Below are positions 57,809-64,000 of a stretch of DNA of 64,000 nucleotides, piece by piece. The notes beneath the pieces were generated by a model. It ran no database searches. It was given only the letters and a program-made list of their open reading frames with translations, and was not told where the DNA came from. How positions within the stretch are numbered: the stretch's first letter is position 1; each line of letters opens with the position of its first letter. The stretch is from IMG/VR virus record IMGVR_UViG_3300001533_002283, positions 108,182 to 172,181 of that record. One strand, 5' to 3'. Position numbers and translations under genes: made by a program. This DNA comes from a virus.

Positions 57809-58600
57809 TTATTGGAACATTGGTTCCGGTTGAGGATTATAGGTGCCTTCAATTTTGTCCAGAACAAAGCCTAGGAATTTACTTCTGACAATATCGGCGC
57901 GGGTAAAGCTAAAACAGTGAATACCATAATCTTTACTCTCGCCATTATTAAATAAATCAAACATAGGCATAAAACCAGATTTTTCTTTTAAGTCGCTTTG
58001 GCCGGGGTCGCCGCAAACAATTAACTTGCTGTATTTCCCCAGTCTTGTCACAATGGTCTTCAACTCCAGAGGGGTAAGGTTTTGGCTTTCATCCACGATA
58101 ACATATTTAGCGTTCCAAGAAGAGCCTCGAACGAAATTAACCACGTTTCCAGCAATTCGATTTTCTTTTTTAAGACGATCAACATCGCCTTTGGGTAAAA
58201 GTTCTTCTAATTTGTCATAAAGTGGTGCTAGATAAGGACTTACCTTAAGTTCCAAATCTCCGGGAAGCGCGCCCAAAGATTTACTTGCACTTTCGATAGC
58301 AGAGCGGAGATAAAGAATATCTGATTGGGCTTTATTATTTAAAGCGAGTAATCCCGCGTAAATTGCCGTGAATGACTTAGATGTTCCCGCGCACCCCGAA
58401 ACGAAAACAATATTGGTTTTTTTATCAAGAATAAGTTCGATCAACTCTTTTTGTTTATCGGTTAAATCTTTTCTATGAAAAATAGTTAATTCCGATTTTA
58501 GTTTATCTCTCTGAGGGATAATTGGACTTTCATCTTTCTTAGCTCCCACTGGTGACTCGTTATCTTTAACAGAACGGTGTTTTTTACTCATAAGTGTCAT
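57809..58600 (-). CDS. phoH: PhoH family ATPase
   Basis: G.AGTSKS, LGALPGD, FVRG, DESQN, TRLG, GD..QSD, DIVRS. Confidence 0.93.
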   Translation of the reverse strand: MTLMSKKHRSVKDNESPVGAKKDESPIIPQRDKLKSELTIFHRKDLTDKQKELIELILDKKTNIVFVSGCAGTSKSFTAIYAGLLALNNKAQSDILYLRSAIESASKSLGALPGDLELKVSPYLAPLYDKLEELLPKGDVDRLKKENRIAGNVVNFVRGSSWNAKYVIVDESQNLTPLELKTIVTRLGKYSKLIVCGDPGQSDLKEKSGFMPMFDLFNNGESKDYGIHCFSFTRADIVRSKFLGFVLDKIEGTYNPQPEPMFQ

Positions 58601-58607
58601 AGAATGA

Positions 58608-58633
58608 TACAGTTTTTCCTCGCTTTTTGGAAA
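58608..58633 (-). promoter_or_regulatory. Putative late promoter TTTC-N17-CTGTA
   Basis: First promoter of the long leftward block. Confidence 0.75.
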
Positions 58634-58702
58634 AGGGGCTGATGGAATAAATTTGTGTTAAAAACTTGACAGGTTGGCGCGAAAAATGAATAACTACCTT
58701 AT

Positions 58703-59404
58703 ATGATTATCAAAACCGATATTCCCAGCAACCTGATTGAACACCCTGAAGACGCGCCCTCTCGTGTCACCCATCCTAAGTTCATTACCATCAATGAGTT
58801 TAGTGAATATGCCTATAGCCGTTTTGTCCAAGCATTTAATCAGATGTTGCAGGAGCCACAAGATATTATACCCGTCGCGATTGATAGCCCCGGCGGCAGT
58901 ATTGTCTCGCTTATGGGTATTCGAGACCTAATCGCTTGCTCTCCTAAACCCGTCCTCACCACGGTTGCTTCCTGCGCGGCCTCGTGTGGGGCTCTTCTTC
59001 TTGCTCTTGGCACTCGCGGTTATCGTTACGCTTCTCCCAACGCCATGATTCTTATACATGAAGCGAGCACTTCTACCGAGGGTAAAACTTCCGAGATTAT
59101 GAACGAGGCTCTTTATGTTGAAAAACTGAATGACAAACTACTGGATATTCTTGCCGCCCACTCTAATCGTTCCAAAGATTTTTACAAAAAACTGATTAAC
59201 AAAAATAATAATTCAGACCTTTTTATTACACCCGAACAGGCACTTGAATGGGGTATCGTAGACCACATTGCGATTCCAAAAATCACGATGAGTGTTAAAT
59301 TAGATTATAAAGTTGAGCCGATTTATCCTAATAAGGTAGTTAAAATGTCTAAGATTAAGACGAAGGGAAAACCCACAAAAGCTGTTAAGGTTGTAAAGCC
59401 TTGA
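58703..59404 (+). CDS. clpP: ClpP-like protease
   Basis: IDSPGGS, AASCG, ILIHE, D.F....ALEWGIVD; TTGACA at ~58666. Confidence 0.88.
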   Translation: MIIKTDIPSNLIEHPEDAPSRVTHPKFITINEFSEYAYSRFVQAFNQMLQEPQDIIPVAIDSPGGSIVSLMGIRDLIACSPKPVLTTVASCAASCGALLLALGTRGYRYASPNAMILIHEASTSTEGKTSEIMNEALYVEKLNDKLLDILAAHSNRSKDFYKKLINKNNNSDLFITPEQALEWGIVDHIAIPKITMSVKLDYKVEPIYPNKVVKMSKIKTKGKPTKAVKVVKP

Positions 59405-59547
59405 TTCTTAACCAGTCGAACCACACTAACCAAGCGGGAGAAATCTCTTCTCGGTTTTTTCGTTTTTTTAAGATTTCCGCTTGACAATCACCCGTGAAAA
59501 CATAATTATTCTTTTTGTGAAAGCTAAAAATGATTCTGATTTACCAC

Positions 59548-59646
59548 CCCTAACGTTAAAGATGAGCCATGCACGCCGATGGCACTGGATGTGCGTAAGC
59601 ACAGACTGTGACAGCGGTGGGCATTGGCTCCGTCGCCTTGTTAGGC
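59548..59646 (-). repeat. attC: Integron attC site 1
   Basis: Minus strand GCCTAAC AAGGCGACGGAGCCAATG...CATGGCTCATCTTTAAC GTTAGGG; imperfect palindrome, 99 bp. Confidence 0.9.
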
Positions 59647-59715
59647 TCCCTTATTTTCCTTATCTGGTTCAAGGTTGCGTGATACTGATAAGCATGATTG
59701 TCACTTTCGGGCTCG

Positions 59716-60111
59716 TTAGATTATTTTGGCTATAATCGCAGTAATAATAACCGATGAAATCCAAATCAAAAACGTGACTAAATTAGTGAACATAAACTTC
59801 GCAGAGGGCCAAATATATCGTCCCCACATTCCCGGAGGATTCATAATCTGATTCCACTTTTCTTGATCGGTAAGAATCAATCTATGATCTATTCTTTGTT
59901 TTCCTTCTTTATCCGTAAACTCAAAGGGTTCGATCAACTTTTCATGCTCAAGAATGGTGAATATCTGATAGGCAACGATTCGGTCAAATCCGAGTGTTTC
60001 GGGGTCGGAATTTTCTTTCGTCAAGTCCTTGTAAGACCAATCAACAGAGCGATGCTTTCGAGCGTAAAGCCAAGATGCGGCTTTTGCGGTTTGTTCTGAG
60101 TATACGTTCAC
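59716..60111 (-). CDS. Cassette protein, unknown function, C-terminal TM helix
   Basis: Single ORF of the 638-bp cassette. Confidence 0.7.
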   Translation of the reverse strand: MNVYSEQTAKAASWLYARKHRSVDWSYKDLTKENSDPETLGFDRIVAYQIFTILEHEKLIEPFEFTDKEGKQRIDHRLILTDQEKWNQIMNPPGMWGRYIWPSAKFMFTNLVTFLIWISSVIITAIIAKII

Positions 60112-60185
60112 TGGAGACTTTAATTTTATGTATAACGATAAATCTAATCAAAAATCCATTGAATCCCAAGGCTCGGATTCTCTCT

Positions 60186-60301
60186 GCCTAACGTCCAAGA
60201 TGAGCCATGACTGTGATTGGCACTGAGCGTGCTGCCTTGTCGCGCAAGCGACTGCACGATCTGTGACAAGCATAGGCATTGGCTCTAGCGCCTTGTTGGG
60301 C
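60186..60301 (-). repeat. attC: Integron attC site 2
   Basis: GCCCAAC AAGGCGCTAGAGCCAATG...CATGGCTCATCTTGGAC GTTAGGC; begins right after the TGA of 60302..60568. Confidence 0.92.
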
Positions 60302-60568
60302 TCATTTGTATTTTATTATAACGCTGCCGGAGTCTTTTCGGGCAGCGATTAAAACCTTGGCGCTTTCGGGAAGTGCTTTCGTATATTTATATCCCAAAGA
60401 TATCCTTCTATACTTTCTGTCTATCCTCTTTTTTCCTAGAAACCAATCTCCCAAATAAAAATCAATTTCGGTCAAATTCCCGAAAACTGATTCAAACTCC
60501 TTATCTTGGCGGCGTGGCCATATAAAATATCCGTATTCTCTGCTTCGCTTGGTAAATTCAACCTTCAT
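60302..60568 (-). CDS. Small basic protein, possibly DNA-binding, R-M associated
   Basis: 88 aa K/R-rich; stop abuts attC2. Confidence 0.65.
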   Translation of the reverse strand: MKVEFTKRSREYGYFIWPRRQDKEFESVFGNLTEIDFYLGDWFLGKKRIDRKYRRISLGYKYTKALPESAKVLIAARKDSGSVIIKYK

Positions 60569-60613
60569 TTATGTTTGGTAAAGCTTAAAACAAGCTTAAA
60601 TCAAGCAAAAAAA

Positions 60614-61450
60614 CTAAATGGCTATCTGCATCTGCTGGGGCTTCGCTGCAATTACTTCTTCTTCCTTCGGCTCATAAGGCAAATCTACGCGAGTGCGAGC
60701 TATCGCGCAGTATTCCTCGCTGACATCAATTCCGATAAAATGACGGCCCAACTGTTTGGCGACTTTGCAGGTGGTGCCGCTTCCGCACATTGGATCTAAA
60801 ACAATATCTCCTTCGTTAGTCCAAGATAATATATGGTCGCGGGCTAGCTGACACGGGAAAGGTGCGGGGTGACCCTTCGCTTCCTGATCTTCGGCATTCT
60901 TTCCTACAACATACTCCCAGATATTTCCTTTTATCTTCTGATCCTTTACAGGATTCGCCATTTTCTCTCTGGTCTGAACCGTCTTAGAATAATTCTTGTA
61001 GGTTGTGCCGTTAAGTTGGAGTCCAGCGTGTAGGCAATCAACCATTATAGGATTGTGCGTCTTCACTACCCCCTTGCTGAATACAAACATATACTCAAAC
61101 TCATTATTATATCGTTTCCGATATATCTGGGGAATCGGATTCTTCTTCCTGAAAATCATTGTGTCATGAAGATTAAATCCGACTTCCTTAAAAAACAAAG
61201 CCTGCTTAAAGCTAGTGCCGGTTTCTGAACCTTCAATCGTCGCGTCACTAATAACCCAAACAACAACCCCGCCCGGTTTGAGGACTCTGAAAAGCTGCTT
61301 AGCTATATCCTCAAATCGAAAAGTATACCCATTATAGTTTCGTAGGTTGTCGTATGGCGGCGAAGTAACTACCAAATCAACCGATGACTCAGGCATCGAG
61401 GCTATCATCTCAACACAATCACCCTGAATAATTCTGTCTGTAAAATCCAT
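60614..61450 (-). CDS. DNA methyltransferase, beta class (SPPY)
   Basis: TSPPY, HPAPFP, DPMCGSGTT. Confidence 0.93.
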   Translation of the reverse strand: MDFTDRIIQGDCVEMIASMPESSVDLVVTSPPYDNLRNYNGYTFRFEDIAKQLFRVLKPGGVVVWVISDATIEGSETGTSFKQALFFKEVGFNLHDTMIFRKKNPIPQIYRKRYNNEFEYMFVFSKGVVKTHNPIMVDCLHAGLQLNGTTYKNYSKTVQTREKMANPVKDQKIKGNIWEYVVGKNAEDQEAKGHPAPFPCQLARDHILSWTNEGDIVLDPMCGSGTTCKVAKQLGRHFIGIDVSEEYCAIARTRVDLPYEPKEEEVIAAKPQQMQIAI

Positions 61451-61457
61451 AACTCTA

Positions 61458-62399
61458 TTATATGTCCATTATGCCATTATTGTCAACTGCTTTGATGGTC
61501 GCTATGCGGCTTTCAATCCGGTTTATCTTAATGAGTTCACGCAAAGCCTCATCATGACTCATTCTCATAATTTTCTCTCTTTCGTCCGCCAAATAAGCTA
61601 AGGCTAATTCTTTCGCTGCTGCAACCGACTCAACGGCAGCTTGCTTCTCATTCTTCCACAAATCTGAAATTCTCTTATCGAAAGAAAGCATAGCGCGATT
61701 AACGGAAGTCCAATATGCAATGGCATCTTTCGACGGATTAATTGCTGTGACCGATTTTAAAATGTCATGCAATAATCCTTCTGAATTCCCGCCTGCTGCT
61801 GCAAAACATACTAAAACGGAGAGGTGAGAATAAGTGAACACACAAACATTTCGGGATGTGGCTTGTTCATAAATCTGACTAGATCTGACCGGCAACTGAT
61901 AGATGGGGCAGACAACAACGGCATATGGTTTCCCGCGCTTCCAGGTATCCATCGCCGCGACCTTAAAATCTTTCTGGTTTTTAGCTGTTCGGCTTAGTCT
62001 AAAGGCCTTTGCGTCAGCAACTAAACTATAATTCTTACCGAATGCCTCAACATCTGCCGAGTCGCCACGCTCAGTTAAAATCAAACTTTTTAATCCAGAG
62101 GATGCGAAAGCATGGGATAAGAGAGCGTCCGTATACTTAGAATATAATTTCTCCTCACTAGAATCATGGTCATATTGCTCTGGAATGTCTCCACAAAGGC
62201 GCAAGTGATCTATAATGGAACCGACTCCGTTCTTGGAAAACTCATCTTTAAGCTCTCGCTCTAGTTTGGTGAAATCATCCACAAAGTTTCCGCTCAGCTT
62301 TTGGATTTCGCCTATCCAGTATTTACGGCGCGCAATCGCTTGATGACCAATGATATTTGACATTCGGAAAAGTGAAGCTAATTTAGGTGTCTCGGTCAA
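61458..62399 (-). CDS. HindIII-family type II restriction endonuclease
   Basis: HDSSEEKLYSK, ADV, DAKAFRLSRTAKNQKDFKV, P...SQIY match HindIII family. Confidence 0.88.
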   Translation of the reverse strand: MTETPKLASLFRMSNIIGHQAIARRKYWIGEIQKLSGNFVDDFTKLERELKDEFSKNGVGSIIDHLRLCGDIPEQYDHDSSEEKLYSKYTDALLSHAFASSGLKSLILTERGDSADVEAFGKNYSLVADAKAFRLSRTAKNQKDFKVAAMDTWKRGKPYAVVVCPIYQLPVRSSQIYEQATSRNVCVFTYSHLSVLVCFAAAGGNSEGLLHDILKSVTAINPSKDAIAYWTSVNRAMLSFDKRISDLWKNEKQAAVESVAAAKELALAYLADEREKIMRMSHDEALRELIKINRIESRIATIKAVDNNGIMDI

Positions 62400-62720
62400 G
62401 TTGATAGAGGCTGCGCGTTAGCGCGGCCCCCTCTTTTTCGTTGGCTGCGGTGATGTGGGCGTAGCCCACGGTAGAATTTGGAGTGCAAAGCACTTCATGA
62501 GCACGGCTTGCCGCGCGCAATGATGTGCGACGCACGGCTCGGGGTTCGTTGGTTTGGTTTTTGCGTGTTAAGCCTCGCCACCAGAAAGACGACTTTGTGA
62601 GGATTTGTGCGGCTTGTCCGCACGAACCGGAACAATGTCGGTAGGAACGTAGCCCCGTAGCCGAAAGTATTTTTGACATTTCGCCCGCGAATCGTAATAA
62701 TACTAATATATGGGCATCGC

Positions 62721-63131
62721 TCAAACCAAGGTAACTCTAAAAACTCCACGAATCCACTTCTCTGGAATCGCGTCGAGTTCATTTGGTCTATTCGGATTCA
62801 TGACCAAGACAGCCTCTTCCTTTTTATCTACGAATCTGACGAAGTGCTTATTCCCTTCGTCACCCCTCCAGTGTATATACAACAGAATGGCTTCTTTATC
62901 TGTAAGAGTAAACCCACCAAAGACGGGTGAAATAGAAAAACCGGCTCGCTTACCAAATTCGGTAAGGAAATCGGAGCTGATACTACCTTCTATTTTCGTC
63001 CCGCCATTAAATAAATCGAGATTCTTTGAGATGAAGTCTCGGTGGCTGAAAGCGCGCCCGTTATCGGAAAAGAACGATTCGATGCGGGCACCGACACACG
63101 CGAACGGATTGTATTGCTGGATAATTTTCAT
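62721..63131 (-). CDS. C39-like cysteine peptidase domain protein
   Basis: Q.....C near N-terminus, HFV, VMNP spacing typical of C39. Confidence 0.55.
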   Translation of the reverse strand: MKIIQQYNPFACVGARIESFFSDNGRAFSHRDFISKNLDLFNGGTKIEGSISSDFLTEFGKRAGFSISPVFGGFTLTDKEAILLYIHWRGDEGNKHFVRFVDKKEEAVLVMNPNRPNELDAIPEKWIRGVFRVTLV

Positions 63132-63264
63132 ATGAAAGAGTATAAATTCAACATTAGTGAGGAACAGTCAAAAAGGGCTTTGGCCGAAAAGTGGAAAGCG
63201 GGCGAATTTCATGCCGAACACGGCCCCGATGGAGGTGATCCTACTCCTTGTTTGGTTTCTTTCT

Positions 63265-63363
63265 GCCCAACGTTAAAGATGAGCCATGTAGATGATTGGC
63301 GCGAAATGTGCGCAAGCACAGATCGTGACAAGCATCGGAATTGGCTCCATCGTTTGGTTAGGC
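63265..63363 (-). repeat. attC: Integron attC site 3
   Basis: GCCTAAC CAAACGATGGAGCCAATT...CATGGCTCATCTTTAAC GTTGGGC; 99 bp. Confidence 0.92.
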
Positions 63364-63414
63364 TCCTTCCTTTTTATTCATATATTCAACGCCGAAAAGA
63401 ACACGGTATCGCGG

Positions 63415-63621
63415 TCAGCCTTTTAGCTGACTCACAAGAGTTTCAAGCGTCTGTTTCCGAACTAAGGTCTCATTTGCTAAAATCCTAATCTTTTCTTTTT
63501 CCGCGTCTGGCAGGTCTAATTTATTAGCGAGTAAATGAAGGATAAGACCTTCGTTTTCCATGCAGGCCGCAACATAACCACCAAGGCCGGCAATCATAAG
63601 TTTAATATTTTCGTTTTTCAT
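63415..63621 (-). CDS. Cassette protein, unknown function
   Basis: 68-aa ORF upstream of attC3. Confidence 0.6.
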   Translation of the reverse strand: MKNENIKLMIAGLGGYVAACMENEGLILHLLANKLDLPDAEKEKIRILANETLVRKQTLETLVSQLKG

Positions 63622-63624
63622 TTT

Positions 63625-64000
63625 TTATTTCTGGGTTATAGCGAATCCAAACAAAATAATTAGAGCAATCATCATCACAGCCATTGTTTCGCCAACAGCG
63701 CGTCCTATTCCAAGTATTATTGCTGCAGTTATTCCTGAAAGGGCAGAAGGCAGTACAACTTTTCTAATCGTTTGCCATTTTGTTGCACCCATGGCAAGAG
63801 ATCCTTCTTTGTAGTGTCGCGGCACAGCATTTATTGCATCTTCTGCAACACTAGTAATAGTTGGAATTGCCATGATGCCAAGGATAATAGAACCAGCAAG
63901 CCATGTTTCACCAGTTGGAACACCATATCCTTTATATATCCAGTCAACTAGGATTATAAGCCCAAAAAAACCATAAACAACAGAGGGGATTCCAGCTAGA
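63625..64000 (-). pseudogene. pstC: Phosphate ABC permease PstC fragment, C-terminally truncated/fused
   Basis: LAGIPSVVYG, SLAMGATKWQT, GRAVGETMAV; then an unrelated short tail and stop. Confidence 0.8.

Larger units (their letters stand above)
1..59553. mobile_element. Large tailed bacteriophage (Caudoviricetes, likely siphovirus) genome segment
   Basis: Ordered terminase-portal-protease-capsid-neck-tail-tape measure block, dense short hypothetical genes, phage-type PhoH/ClpP/sigma/SSB; no housekeeping host genes. Confidence 0.95.
59554..63670 (-). mobile_element. Integron gene-cassette array (no integrase in window)
   Basis: Three related attC sites, each downstream of co-oriented minus-strand ORFs. 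Confidence 0.88.

Noticed and set aside
59548-63363. The three repeats as CRISPR repeats or REP elements
   Set aside because: Too long, irregularly spaced by whole genes, and carry attC R boxes
59481-63488. Plus-strand ORFs 59481..59735 and 63042..63488 sharing LKMSH...WL.RLVRL
   Set aside because: The shared peptide is just the translated reverse strand of attC sites, not a protein family
1-64000. tRNA, rRNA, integrase/intI, tail sheath, introns or inteins
   Set aside because: None recognisable by eye; tRNAscan and HMM searches would be needed to exclude them formally

Overview
About 59.5 kb of a large tailed dsDNA phage genome, probably a siphovirus (2026-aa tape measure, tail tube, no recognisable sheath). 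The minus strand carries a complete morphogenesis block: terminase, portal, protease/scaffold, decoration protein, major capsid, neck, tail tube, chaperones, tape measure, tail-tip and fibre proteins. There are also five glycosyltransferase-like genes, two sigma factors, anti-defence genes (Tad1-like sponge, NADAR), SSB, a minimal family-A polymerase-like protein, PhoH and ClpP. Main result: from 59,548 the phage DNA is joined, at an attC crossover point, to an integron gene-cassette array with three attC sites and no integrase in the window. One ~3.1 kb cassette carries a HindIII-family restriction-modification system plus a C39-like protease. The last ~330 bp is a truncated pstC that looks like a chimeric join. 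Also read directly from the sequence: a fixed-spacing late-promoter motif (WTTC-N17-YTGTA, 14 copies), a non-Shine-Dalgarno TAACAC motif before start codons, near-total GTAC avoidance, a nested high-GC tail-fibre swap, and a Ser/Thr-rich mucin-like protein paired with a glycosyltransferase. All protein calls come from motif recognition and synteny; no database searches were run.
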